DNA of 64,000 nucleotides from Hemiscyllium ocellatum (lineage: Eukaryota): positions 3,632,117 through 3,696,116 of the forward strand of contig NC_083410.1 in assembly GCF_020745735.1 (NCBI RefSeq). The letters are read 5' to 3'. The notes beneath the pieces are model-generated. The model worked only from the letters and a program-made list of their open reading frames with translations. It did not search any database and was not told the DNA's origin. A program made the position numbers and the translations under genes. Positions 34,430 to 47,899 of the stretch are shown here, in pieces. The stretch's first letter is position 1. The number at the start of each line of letters is the position of its first letter.

Positions 34430-37400
34430 TCGGACCCTGAGATTACTTGGCACTCAAACCCTTCCAGACCCTGGGATTACTGGGCACTCAGACAGTGCAG
34501 TAGCTCAGCATGTGGGTGGAAGGTGCAGGAGGCAGTGCAGTCTCTCACTGATATTATTTGGAGCACACTGCCCTCTGCTGCTCCCTCTAGCATTGTGCAG
34601 AACAACAGCAGGGACATTGTGGGAACAGCTTGAATTGCGAGTTCCTTCCTCAGCACTGGCTCTGGTTATTGGAATTCCCCAGTTAAGAGCCAGCACTGGG
34701 TCAATGGACAGCCCCATGCAGAGCTGAGCTTGACCAGGATGAGGCAAGTCATGCCTTAAACTGGAGACATTCATCACAATATTGGAAAAATAATGTTTGA
34801 TCATTAAAGTTGGAACATCCCCAGAATGTTGCCTGGGTCTCTAGTTTAATCGTCTCGTGATAATCCCACTCAGACATTGACTGCCCCTCAGCGTGATTGG
34901 TTCCTGTTTTCATTATGTTTTAATCTTGCCTAGTTGTGCAGTTTGGGTTGGTTTTATTTTGCCAGCCTTTTCCAAATAGTTGCTCTCAGGAATAAAGGAG
35001 TAGGAGTGGACCATTCCTTCTTCTCGCCCTCTTATCCCTGCTATCCCATCTTTTGTCTTTCTATTCCTTACAGTCCATGTTTCCTCTCCTCTGTTTCCCT
35101 TCACTTTGTGTATTCCTTCCCTTCACTTGATCTCCTCCCTCTCCAACCATTTCCCCAAACTTCTTCCATCTCTCTGTATCCCTCACCCTCTCATTATTTC
35201 ATGCCCTTTCTATGGTGGCTACTACCTTCCCCCCACCCCCCCCCCCCCCCCAAACCATCACCCTCAATGTTTTCCTCAGAAGCCCTGTCTTGCTGGGGCT
35301 TTAATAGCTGACCATCCCATTAGTCTAAATGGCTGGGAGACAATCTCATTTCAGACCCTCACAGTGTATTCCCCTTGCCCTGGCACCTCCCCCCCTCTTC
35401 ACCATGCCAACTCCATCTTTAACATTGCTTTTCCAGAAGTTTCAATAACCAGGCCAAAGACCAGGACCACATACTGAGCCTGATTGATGAAGCCTCAAGA
35501 TCACCTGGGATCAATCCTTGGGATCTGATTGGGATCCAGTCAATGTAGGAGAAAGAGGAAAACCAGATTGGGTCAGGACACAGGCTTCACTGTGAGCCTC
35601 AGGAATGTTGGAGCTGACTGCGAGATTGGGGAGTTCAAGGGTCAGTGGTTCCTCTGCCCTGACCTTGCTTTACCAACCTTCCCACTTCTGATCCTATTGC
35701 CCGTAGCCCAGAATGTTCCAGGCCTATGGTAGTGTAAATGGATGGGATGTACTCTTGAGTAGCAGAGACCTGGAGTGGGTCTTGATGCTGTGATTCAGGG
35801 ACTGGAGCTGGAACATGGAGCTCTCTGCTCCTGCACATTCACATTGAACCTGAACCCAGCAGCCACTTCACTCCAGAACAATGCAACCATGGAGAGGGAG
35901 GAGGTAAACTGCAGGCAGCTGGCTCAGATGAGGTGTATAATTCAATGATTAGGTGAATTGGAGCCTGTGATCATAGACTATTTGACAGCTCACCACAACA
36001 GCACTGCCGTGACTGTGCTGCTGTTCCCTCTCCACAACTGCTCTGTAACACTTAGCCCCATAACCACTTTCAGGAACAACTCTCTGACACTGAGCTGATG
36101 GTGAGCAATCGATGCAGATCAGTAAACCATCAAGTGCATGCCTGCTCCTGAGGATACAGCTGCCTCCTAACCAGAGCACTGCCTGACAATCCTTTATATC
36201 CTTTACATGCTGCAAATGTGTAATTTACTAAGAACATCAGTCTGTTTCTGAATTGCTAATGGCCCTGTTTTAACATCAGGATCTCTCAGGTCAATCCTCC
36301 CAGGGATTGGTGCCGATCAAACTAGCTTTCTGGAATTTGCCCAAAATCATTCGCAACTTCCCTTTGGATTGGTCCATGCACTAACATTCATTTGGCAAAC
36401 TCTCAGTCAGGCTGTGACCCCACACAGTCAGATCTGGCAAGCAGTTCAACCTCAGTCCCATCACCAGTGAGTCTGCTTCTGTCCTCCCCAAGCATGCACC
36501 ACCCAGGATGTTACAGCGGATAAAACAGGGGAATTAAAGAGAGCTCAGAATGATGAAAGAGTGCTCAGGGGAATGAAAACAGAAACTATCAATATTGTGA
36601 TTGGGGTCACTTTGAGCAATATTGTGCAGTGAATGAAACTGAGAGTCTGTTCTGGTTTCACTCAAATCCACATCAACACCCAGTGCACCTTAAAAGAGAA
36701 ACACATTCTGAAATGTCTGTGTGGGTGCCATGGTGGGTTTCAAATCATCAAACCAGGTTTGTGTTGGTATTTCCCTCTCCAGGATAATGGGAGATGGGAA
36801 TGGGTGAGAGCCACCTGTTGGATGGAGCTGCAGTTCATCTCGCAGCTAGATAGAACTTTAGATCGGTCACATTTGGAATACTGTGTAGAGTTATGGTTGC
36901 TACATTACCAAAGGATGTGGAGGCATTGGTGAGAGTTTGTAGGTGCAGGACCTTAATTTCAACTTCAGAAACACAGACAGTATTGAAACTGATTGGATTG
37001 GGTTCAGAGGTCTGTGCTTTTATTATCTCACTCTGTAGATAAATGTAACACTGAGTAAAGGTCCACTGCAGTTTCCTCTTTGACCAAAATGGTGTGGGGG
37101 TGGGGGGTGGGGAGAGGGTGGGGGGGGAGTTGGGGGGGGGGACATGTTTCTGAAATTGACCGGTGGGGTTTACTGGATATCTCAATTGAGGAACTAGTAT
37201 CATCACAATAGGCCAAATGGCCTCCTCCTGCTGCTGTATTATTTGATGGTTACATTTGTTGTTTCTTTCTGTCTAAGACAGCTTCTTGCCTCATTCTCAC
37301 TTCTCTTAATTTCATCATTTGACTTCTCAGCTCCAGGGAGGGAAATCATGGGGCACAGGCTTGACCCTGAACCCGAGCATTTTAGTCAAACTGGGATTGG
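34430..37400 (+). repeat. Segmental duplication block, paralogous to about 58860-61860
   Basis: Colinear matches 34430-34650/58860-59065, 34900-35620/60900-61620 and 37140-37370/61625-61850. Confidence 0.85.
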
Positions 37401-38787
37401 AGCCCCAGCTGGCCTGAGGTAGGGGGTGTGGAGGGAAAGGTAAGGGGTTTGAGGGGGGAAGAGAGTCTGTGGGAGGTGGGACAAAAACAAAAGTATAGTC
37501 AGTGGGACATGTGCCATTGGGCACAGGAGACTCCCAAAACAGGTCATCCACAACCCATCCTCCATTAGGGTCAAGGAGAGAGGGCAATGGGTAGAACATC
37601 CAATGTAGTTACTGTGTCCCACCCAACTTTAATTACAACAGAATGGCAGGGTGTTGTCCAGCCCACCCCTCAGAAAAGAGGCACATTTGAAATAATTAGA
37701 AATGTTACAGCATGTGGTAAACCCTTCTTCTAATTTAAACTAACAACACTGAAAAGATTCACCCCGTGCTGTAATCTGCTAAAATTTGACAGGCAAAGAA
37801 TTATCCAAAAAGTAAAAATTAAGTCCAACAGAGAATATTAAAACCAACATCCATTGACAACTCCTGTCTCTGAAACTGATCTTTTACATTCCACTCTACA
37901 ATACCAGTCTGCTAAAAAAAATCTCAATTGCAATTTACAAAAAAGTAATAATATTTCAAAGCCAGTCAGCTTTGTCGAATCTCCTTTGTAGATTCCCTCC
38001 AGGTCAGTTGTGATGTTCTGCTGCGCAGACTTCTTCCACAGACAGGTACCTCTAAGACAGCTCTTAAACTAGCAGCTGACAGCTGTTGGTCTTTTTGTAG
38101 TTCTTTCTCAACTGTTCAAAAATGTCTGGTTTTATACCCCAAAACATCAGACCATTTCATTGTTTCAATATTACCAAAATACTAAGTTCAAACTTAATTG
38201 AATTTTGGTATCTTGGGGCATGATTTAAACTGATTGGCTGAATTTGAATTTGTTTTTGTCTCATGGCAAACCATCTGCTGCTGTTTGTGTTGAACAAATG
38301 TTACATTGCAACTTTTTTTCAGAACACTTTGTATTGTGTCAGTCAGGCATTGCTACCTTTTCAACTCTCTTAATGGTACAGTACCTCTACACCCTCATAA
38401 CAAATGGTTTATAAAGGTATAATGTAAGCACAGAAAGTTCCAGATGGACTCAGATAACCTGTGGCAGACATGTAAATTCGAGGGATCTCTAACATTGTTC
38501 CCTCAAAGTCAGACCAAGAACACCTTTAGCTCCATGTTCAGTCAGAGGATGGGCTGGTTCAGAGTCACTGAGCAATCTTCCCTTTGACCTGCGTTTTTTA
38601 AATCTGTCCTTGAGAGTGTTGATGTTGCTCTGATTTAACCTGCCTCATTGTAGTTAAATAAATTACCCACAGATTTTTGGAGATGGTTTAAAATAAAGTC
38701 AATCTAAGATGTTGTGTGGAAAAGAGAGAGATTTCATATACCATGTGAACATTGATAATTAAGAAAAAATACAATTGTTATTTTCAG

Positions 38788-38914
38788 TGAAAAATACAAA
38801 CAAGACACTGGATATTGTATAATTACAGACACAGAACAATGCACAGAGACAATAACACTGTCCACTTGCAGAGATTGTGAGGAACTGTCACCCATTGCAG
38901 TGTGGACCATGTGA
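38788..38914 (+). CDS. Candidate terminal cytoplasmic exon with ITSM-like TGYCII
   Basis: Acceptor ttgttattttcag|, phase 2, compatible with the TM donor at 31265. Reads (G)EKYKQDTGYCIITDTEQCTETITLSTCRDCEELSPIAVWTM*. Confidence 0.35.
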
Positions 38915-40084
38915 TCTACAACACAACAGTTCCTTAAATATCCCAACAACACTCAAGATGCTTCACACCAACCAGAACAAATCAGTTGCTTGATTGGAAC
39001 CACATTCACTCCCTACATCTCTGACCCTCAGTAACAGCAGGATGTACCTTCCATAAGATGCACTGCAGAAATTCACCAAAGGTCCTTAGACAGTACCTAC
39101 AATTTGATGAATATTTCTGTCTTGAAGGACAAGGGCAGTAGGTACGTGGGAACACCATCCCCCGCAAGCTCCCTTCCAAGCCATTAAGAAAACAATAATA
39201 ACAGTTAGCCCGAGCTTGTCAGGGAGAAAACATACCTTTCAGCTCACTAAATAGAGTGAGTTTCCCTCTCCATTACTGAAATGCCTAACAGGAAAAAGAA
39301 AAATCTTAAAACCTGTGATCTATAATGTGGACACAATGGCTTATTTAGAATTATGTTACATTCTCACAGCATTTACTACTTATAGGCAAAAGGGATTTCT
39401 CTTCCTGGAACCAGATCCATGTTATCAGCCATCTTTGTTCATTCGTGTTGACTCAGTGGAATAACATTTGTTTTTGAGACTGGAGATTTTGGATTGAAAG
39501 CTGACTCCTGAGATGTGATCGTACCATCCAGGCTGCTCCCTCAGTGCAGTACAGAAGCAGGGCAGCACTGTCAGCAGGACATGGACTCTGAGATCTCTCA
39601 TCTGTGCCACCAAGAATCTTACCATTAGCCTCATACTCTTTATTCCTGCTGCTCCTTCCAAAGTGAATCACCTCTCTTTTCAATGAGATGTCAAATTGAA
39701 GCCCTGTCTTCTCGTGCAGGTGGACAGATGATGTTTTGGAAGAAATTTCTTTCCACAAAGGGTTGTTAATCTGTGGCATTCTCTCTGCAAAAGAATTGAC
39801 AATGTTCCATCAATGAGAACATTTCGAGTAGAAATGGACAGACCCCTTGTCTCTCTGAGAAATTCTGGGATATGATGAAAAGCTGGGAAAGTGGAATTGG
39901 GACAGATTATCCATGAGGATTGTATTGAACAGTGGAGCAGCTTGGAGAAGCTGTCGGCTTTACACTTGCTCCTGTTTCTTGTGTTTCTATATTAGACAGC
40001 AACATTGTTCTCCTAGTGACCTTGCTGCATTTAAATCAGTTCCTCCCTTGCTGACCAGAGCAACCACACCTCACTCATTAGAAC

Positions 40085-41570
40085 GTAGAACATAAAACAT
40101 TACAGTGCTGTTTAGGCCCTTTGGTCCTTGATGCTGTCCCGACCTGTGAAACTAATCTGAAGCCCATCTAACCTACATTATTCCATTTTCACCCACATGT
40201 TTATCCAATGACCATTTAAATGCTCTTAAAGTTGGCGAGTCTACTACTGTGGCAGGCAGGGCATTCCATGTGCTTATTAGTCTCTGAGCAAAGAAACTAC
40301 CTCTGACCTTTATTCTATATCTTTCACCCCTCAATTTAAAGCTAAACCGCCTCATGCTACCCATCATCATCTGACAAAAAGGCACTCACTGTCACATTAT
40401 CTAACCCTCTGATTATTGTGTATGTCTCAACTAAGTCAGCTCTCAAGCTTCTCTCGAACAAAAACAGCCTCAAGTCTCTCAGGCTTTCCATATAAGACCT
40501 TCCCTCTATACCAGACAACATCCTAGTAAATCTCTTCTGAACCCTTTCCAAAGCTTCCTCATCCTTCCTATATTAGGGTGACTAGAACTGTACTCAATAA
40601 TCCAATTGCGGCTGCACCAGAGTTTTGTACAGCTGCAGCATGACGTCATGGCTTGGAAACTCAATCCCTCTACCAATAGAAGCTAACACATCTTAACAGC
40701 CGTATCAACCTGGGTGGCAACTTTCAGGGATCGATGTACATGGACACTGAGATCTCTCATCTACATGACTAAGATTCTTTCCATTAGCCCAGTACTCTTT
40801 ATCCCTTTTGCTCCTTTCAAAGTGAATCATCTCACATTTTCCCACATTAAACACCATTTGCCACCTCTCAACCCAGTTGTGCAGCTCATCTATGTCTCTC
40901 TGTAACCTACAACATCCTTCAACACTATCCACAACTCTACCGACCTCAGTGACACCTGCAATTTTATTAACCCATCCTTCTATCCCCTCTTCCAGGTTAT
41001 TTGTAAAAATGACAAACGCAGTGACACCAAAACAGATCCTTGCGGTACAACACAAGCAACTGAAATCCAGGATGAACATTTCCCATCAACCACCACCTTC
41101 TGTCTTGTTTCTGATTGAAATCACTAAACCACCCTTAATACCATGCCTCCATATTTTGTGCAACAGTCTAAAAATGGGGATCCTTATCAAACGCCTTACT
41201 GAAATCCATATACACCACAGCCGAATAGATAGAAGAAAGGTTGAACAAACAAATTGTTGACTTAGGTAAAGACAAGTTCCTCCACATCTCAGTTTTAAAG
41301 GGCAGCCTGTCCATTCTGAGGCTGTGTCCTCAGGTCTGAGTCTCTCCTACCAGGGTAATCATCTTCTCCATGTCCATTTTATCCAGACCACTGAATATCC
41401 TGTAAATTTCAATCGAATTCTTCATACCCTCCCATATCCTTTCAAAGTCTATCGAATACAGACCCGGAGTCCTCAACCATTCCTCGTATGACAAGCTCTT
41501 CATCCTTGGGATTATTCTTGTAAACCTCTGGACCCACCTCCAAGGCCAGCACATATTTCCTTAGAGTCAC
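40085..41570 (-). mobile_element. CR1 LINE RT/3' fragments
   Basis: ORFs 40357..40551(-), 40705..41079(-) and 41330..41554(-) are CR1 RT-like. Confidence 0.8.
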
Positions 41571-42036
41571 CTCACAGAAATAAACAACCAAAAAATCAAT
41601 GGAAAAGAAAAACATTATCCATATTTGAAACACTTGTAATTCTGAAAATGTAATCTCAAAAGGGAAAGTATTTTTCTGAGCTTCAAATCAACAAGCCAAG
41701 ATGTTAAATATTAACCAGAAAGGTTGGTGGTTTAAGAAGGTATCCAGGAATGGCAACCAATGGGTCACTGCAGTGGTTCAAGAAGGTAGCTCAGCACCAC
41801 CTGCTCAAGGGCAATTAAGGATGGGCAATAAATGCTGGCCCAGCCAGTAACACCCACATCTCACAAAACAATTAAATAAATTGCTGCACCTGAGCTCAGC
41901 TTCCTCCCCACTGTGAATCCATCCCTGAGATCACTCTCCATCACCTCCCCAATCTACTTGATGACAAACTGATCTCTAATTCATTCACAGGTGAGAGGTC
42001 ATTGCTGGAGCACAGTGTCATGGAAACTCTACTTTC

Positions 42037-42343
42037 TGTTTACAATGATAAGGCTTCCTCTCCCGTAGACTCTGCAGTAATAGACCCCAGTGTCATTGGG
42101 CTGCATGTTTGTGGTGGTCAGAATGAAGCTGTTACAGGAGCTATCTCTGAAAGGCTGGAATCGCTCAGTAAATCCTGGGCTCCATTGTGTAATGTTCCTC
42201 ACGTTATACTTTAAAATCCACTCTGTGTTATTCCCTGGTCTGCCCTGGTGCGGTGTTCCTCAGGGTGCACTATAACTGGGCAGTGTGACCCTCAGTGACA
42301 TGTTCCATGATCAGACACTGAAGAAAGATTGGACCGGTGATAC
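42037..42343 (-). pseudogene. Pseudo-V exon A (V3-like)
   Basis: TAG before Cys23, a 26-nt frameshifting deletion removing Trp41, a 12-nt CDR3 deletion and a GA donor. The CDR2 region gtgaggaacattacacaatggagcccagg is shared with V3. Confidence 0.9.
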
Positions 42344-43489
42344 CTTTAAAGAAAAAAGATAACAATAAGTTTATTTACACAAGACTAGATTGTCAACGCT
42401 GCTGAATTGAAAGGACCTAAAGGGGTGGTAGGAATTTTGAACTAAACAGAAAGAACAGGTTGTTACACTAAACCATTATGCTGCATCTGTGACAGATTCA
42501 GATCAAAGAAAGTGCATTGACAGAAATAGAAATAATTAAATAAACAGTGCATAAAACATTACTTCTTAACTATTGTCAGAATCTCATCGACAGTTTGGTC
42601 ACGATCTTTTGCAGCACAATCAAAACTCACATTCACTTCCATCTAGAGGTGCAAGGGCATCAAGATACATGGGAACACCAGCCCCTGCAAGTTCCCCTCC
42701 AAGCCACTCCCAATCCTGACTTGGAAACATTGCTGTTCCTTCAGTGTCACTGGATCAAAACCCTGGAATTCACTCCCTAAATACATTACGGGAGTCCCTA
42801 CAGCACATGAACTACGGTGGTTCAAGGAGGCAGCTAATCCCCAGCTACATTAATAATTAAAAAAAAATAATATTAGTGATGATAGCATTGGCAGAACATT
42901 TAGAAATGTAAAATATGATCCAGCAGAGTCAGGATGGCGTCATGAAGGATAAATAATGGAGGACAAATTTGGTGGAATTCTTTGATGAGGTAAGAATCAG
43001 GATAGATAAAGGGGTGCAAGAGATTTAATATATTTAAATTTGCCAAAAAAAAAAGTTTTGATGAGGTACCACACATTCATAGAATAGAATAGAACAGTTT
43101 TTATTGTCACATACACTCAAATGTGTGCAGTGACAAGTTTGTAATATCACCTCTCGGCACCATCTTAGGTGCCCATTATCCAGGTACAGATACTTTTAGT
43201 GTTATCACAGTGTAAAATCAGTGTAGGTTAGCATGGGAAGAGAGTTTAAAAAGTATAAAATGATAATAAAAAGTGACTATGAAGTACTTGCGTCCTGCTC
43301 CTTTTCCAACATGAGCCCATGCCCGCCAGCTTCAGAACACAAGGCCATGCTGCCTCCACACGCTGGCCTCCGTCCAGGACTCACTCTGCTGCCAGTCCAG
43401 CTCCGGCCCCTGTCTTACTCTGCTGCCATCTTGGAGAAATGGCTATTACGCTATTTAATAAGATGAGATCCCTTGGCATGAATTGAGGA

Positions 43490-44130
43490 TTGGCGAATTA
43501 AACAAGGAAAGTGATTGGGATGAATGGGGGCATTTTCAAGGTAATAACATGCAATTTGTGAAATGTCACAGGCATCCGTGCTGGCCCACAATTATTGACA
43601 ATTGATATTAATGACTAGATGAGGAAAGTGAACTTACTGCAGCAAAGTTTATGGAAGGTACAAAAATAAATGGGAAGGCAAGTCGTGAGAATAACACAAA
43701 GAGTCTGCACTGGGCCAGAACAGTGGATGCTCTTGAGAGTAGGACAGTGGATGGTGTCGACATAGACATAACTAAAGCATTTGACAAACCCTCTCATGGT
43801 AGGCTGGTCCAATTGATAAAGTCATATTGGATCCATGGTCACTTGGGCAGTTGAATACAAAATTGGCTTGGTCATAGAAGACAGAGGGGAGCTGTGGAGG
43901 GGTGTTTTCCTGACAGAAGGTCAGTAGCATACTGCAAGGGTCAGGGCTGGGACATCCTTTGTTTTAATATATATAAATGATATAAAAATATAGATGGGCT
44001 GATTGGTAAATTTATAGATGACACTACAATGGGTGGAGTTGGAGATAGTGAGGAAGGTTATCAAAGGATGCAGCAGAATATAGGTCAGTTGGAAATTTCA
44101 GCAGAGAAATGGCAGGTAGAGTTTAATCCA
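43490..44130 (+). mobile_element. CR1 LINE RT fragments, decayed
   Basis: ORF 43651..43854 includes DITKAFDKPSHGRLV. Confidence 0.65.
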
Positions 44131-45370
44131 CCGACTCCCACAGCCATCCCACTATACATCCTATTATCCTGTTTACTGTAAAGACTTCATTTCGTTCTCC
44201 CATTTCTCCCTCTCCATTGCATATGCTCCAATGAGGCCAACTTTGACAAGGGAGACCCTGAAATGTCCACTTTCCTCCTCATCTGAGGATGTCCCACCAC
44301 CGTTGCTGACAGGGCCCTCAACTGGGTCTGGCCTATCTCCTGCACTTACACCCTTATTTCCTCTCTTCCCTTCTGCAACAGAGGTAGGGATCCCCCTGTC
44401 TTTATCCACCTTCCCACATGCATCCACATCTAGAAGGTCATCAGTTACCATTTCCACCGCCTCCAGTGAGATGACACCACTAGACACGCATTCCCCTCCC
44501 CTCCCTTGTCCACCTTACATGGGGACTGTTTCCTCAGGACACCCAAGCCCACGCTTCTTTCACTCCCAACACACCCACATCCCCAGGTATCTTCCCCTGC
44601 AACAGCCAAAGGTGTAACACCTGCCATTTTACCTCCTTCCTCCTCAGTATCCAAGGGCCTAAACATACCTTTCCAGGTGAAGCAGTACTTTACCTGCCCA
44701 TCCCACAATCTAGTCTACTGCATTCACTGCTCACAATGTGTCCTCCTCTACACTTGGGGAAACAAAACGTAGACTGGGTGACTCCTTCACAGAACATCTA
44801 TATTTTGCCCACAAAAGAGTCTCTGAGCTTCCAGTTGCCCGCCACATTAATACCCCACCGTGTTCCCTGGCCAACATCTGTCTCAGGCTTGCTGCAGTGC
44901 TCCAGTGAAGCTTAACACAAGCTGGAAGAACAGCATCTCATTTTCCACTTGGGGACCCTGTAGCCCTCTGGACTTTATATTGAGTTCAATAATTATCAGG
45001 CTTAAACTCTCCCATGTCCTAGTCCCCTACCACACACACACACACACACACCAGGCCTTGTTATCAGATAGTCTGCTATGACACACTACCTATTGTTAGT
45101 CACTAACAGTCTCTATTAACAGCTATTCACCCTCCCACCTAGATCATTACCTACTTGTTGTCTGATGAACTGTTTTTCTCCCTGTTTGGGCTCTATCCCC
45201 ACCTATCATTTGCCCCTTACCTCATTCCCCCCACCCTACCTAATGCATAAAACCCACATTTTCCGAGCTAACATCAGGTCTGAGGAAGGGTCACCGGACC
45301 CAAAATGTTCCTCTTCCCAGATGCTTTCAGACCAACTGAGCTTTCCCAGTAACTTCTGTTTTTGTTTCTG
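44130..45370 (+). mobile_element. Second Penelope-like element family, decayed; degenerate hammerhead (family D) at 45280-45309
   Basis: ORF 44506..44772 FTCPSHNLVYCIHCSQCVLLY is the GIY-YIG lead-in. 3' end reads CTGAGGA a gggtc accg gaccc AAAA tgtt. Confidence 0.75.
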
Positions 45371-45663
45371 ACATTTTCCAACCTCTCCTTATTGCTGACA
45401 CACTTCAATCCAGGCAACACCCTGGTAAACCTTTCCCCAAAGCCTCCAATCCTTCCTACGTTGTGGAAACCAGAAATGCATTCAATATTCCAAATATTGT
45501 GAAGCCAAAATTTTTTACAGCAGCAACATGATTTGTGAATGCTTCTTCTCAATTCCCAAATCAATGAAACAACCATGCCATACAACTTTACTCCGTTATC
45601 CACTGATGTTGCCACTTTCAGCGAGCTATGGATTTGTACCACAAAATTGCTCTGTATAACAAT

Positions 45664-45853
45664 TCGGGTAAAAAATGAGGTCTGCAGATGCTGGAGATCA
45701 CAGTTGAGAATGTGTTGCTGGTTAAAGCACAGCAGTTCAGGCAGCATCCAAGGAATAGGAATCCTGATGAAGGGCTTATGCCCGAAACGTCGAATTTCCT
45801 ATTCCTTGGATGCTGCCTGACCTGCTGTGCTTTAACCAGCAACGCATTCTCAA
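45664..45853. mobile_element. Family A Penelope-derived hairpin mini-element, 12-bp TSD; + strand hammerhead core at 45764-45791
   Basis: TSD CTGTATAACAAT at 45652-45663 and 45854-45865. Core CTGATGA a gggc ttat gccc GAAA CGTC is intact but stem I is only 2 bp. Confidence 0.8.
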
Positions 45854-47143
45854 CTGTATAACAATGCTCCTACCATTTTCTTTATTCTTACCTGTTGTAT
45901 TTGACCTCCAAAAATACATCACTTCACACAAATATCTGTGGCCAGACTGTCCCCAAACAGTCTGGAAACAGACATTGAGGAAGGAAAGGAGAAGTCAGAG
46001 ATAGGCCTGTGCTGTACTGTTCTGTGTTCTGGTCTGTGTTCTACGCCCCCACTGTCATGTTTGGAATGAGGTCAGCCAGGTGGATCTCAGAGAATATGAA
46101 TTCCATAATTGGAGCTGCTGTTCTGGTTCTATCAGGGAGCACTGGCTGACAGTTAGAAATAGAAATATCAAAGGTTCTGTTCACTCTCAGAGCTAGCTCT
46201 GAAGGAGCTCGATCAGTGTCAAGGACTTCCCACGTGTAAATAAAGGATGACTTGTTGATGGCATCCTGGCATCTCTGGAGTTATTTCCCTCTCCCACCAC
46301 CCCACTCTGATCAGACTGAAACATTATGCACTCTGCTTGCCCTCTGGTCCCAGTGAACCATCCCTCATTATCACTGATTGAAATTTTAAAAATCAAATTC
46401 ACTCATAAATTATATCAAAGGAGCTGGTCCTTAACAAATTTGACAAATTATCAGAAAATTGACCCAAACAGCCAACTGCCTATATGAGAGAAATATGAGA
46501 ACGGAGCCCCACACATCAACAATGCTCCTTCTCAGGCCAATCAGCAGCACCACACAGAGTCCCTCTGTCCCCTCAACACAGATCAACCATTTGACTGCCT
46601 CTTGCCTCTTGCAGTGGGGAGCCAGTTTCTGCCCACTCCCTCTTCCAGACCCTGGAATCCCGATTTACTCTCAGCCCCAACACTGAGCCTTCACTGGTCA
46701 ACATCACAACTGATCTTGGTGTGACTGCGCATCTCACTGTCTCTTCCATCCTTCACTCTCTCAGCTCTCCACTCCTTTGAGAAACACTGGGTCCACTTTC
46801 TGTTGGAAGGTCTCAGACACACATTGCAGCTCCTGGCACTGCTCTCTCAGGGTCAACCTTTGTTCCTTTCATCAGCTTCCTCCTAGCACAGTGGTTTCTC
46901 CTCTAGACTCTGATCATCTCTGTGCTGTCCCCAGAGCACCATTCCTGAGCACATCATCATCATTATTTTACCCTCAGAAACCTGCTCAACATTTCCATCT
47001 CCCCCATCACTGCACTGTCCCTTCACCTCCTCTAATCATCTCAAGGCTGATCACTCTCCATCACCTCTTCAATCTTCTTGATTACAAACTGATCTTGGCA
47101 AGAGGTTAATACTGAAGGAGATAGTGCTGTAAACTCTACTCAC

Positions 47144-47476
47144 TGTTTACAATGAGCTAGTTTCCTCTCCCATAGACCCACCCTCACACTTTATAGTAAT
47201 AGACCCCAGCATCACTGGGCTACATGTTTGCGATGGTTAGAACGAACCTGTTCCTGGAGGGGTCTCTGAAAGGCTAGATCTGTTCAGATAGTCCTGGGCT
47301 CCATTGTGTGATGTTCCTCATGTTATCCATTAAAATCCATTCCATATTATTCCCTGGTCTGCCTTAGTGCCAGTGAACGTCAGTGGCATTCCTCATGGAG
47401 CACTGTAACCAGGCAGGGTGACCCTTGGTGATATGTTCCAGGAACAGAGACTGGAGAATGACTGGGGGATTTGCAC
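47144..47476 (-). pseudogene. Pseudo-V exon B (V3-like)
   Basis: 333 nt (in-frame 12-nt CDR1 deletion), five in-frame stops, Cys104 changed to Tyr, acceptor AG changed to AT, intact GTGAGT donor. Confidence 0.9.
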
Positions 47477-47899
47477 ATTTAGGGGAGAAATAACAAGAAT
47501 TTTAGAATCAATGTGCTGCCAGTGGTTCAAACAGACAGTTCAGGTGGAATGAGTACAGTATTAAATCGGGAACTGGTATAAAAATTGAACCAGTGCAGTT
47601 GGTGCAGATCAACAAAGTCTGTTTGAGTAATTCAGAAAGTGATACATTTTCATGTTAAGTAACTATTAGTTCACATTACTATGAGTATTAATGATAGAAT
47701 ATAACGAAGAGGAACAACAGGGTCTGAATATAGAGTGACATTTCCTGAATTAAAACAGCTCCTGATTACAGCTCTTTGCCTCAGGCTCTCCCCACTTCCT
47801 GTCTCCAGCATATGTTCCATGCTTCTCAATGTCCCATTCCCTTCACCCTAATCCCAGCCCATTTGGGGCAATATGGTTTAAGCTCAAAAGTAAGGTGGG

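Noticed and set aside
42011-42038. CACAGTG next to the 3' end of pseudo-V A
   Set aside because: Wrong orientation for the minus-strand V, no nonamer, and the exon already contains a J-like strand.
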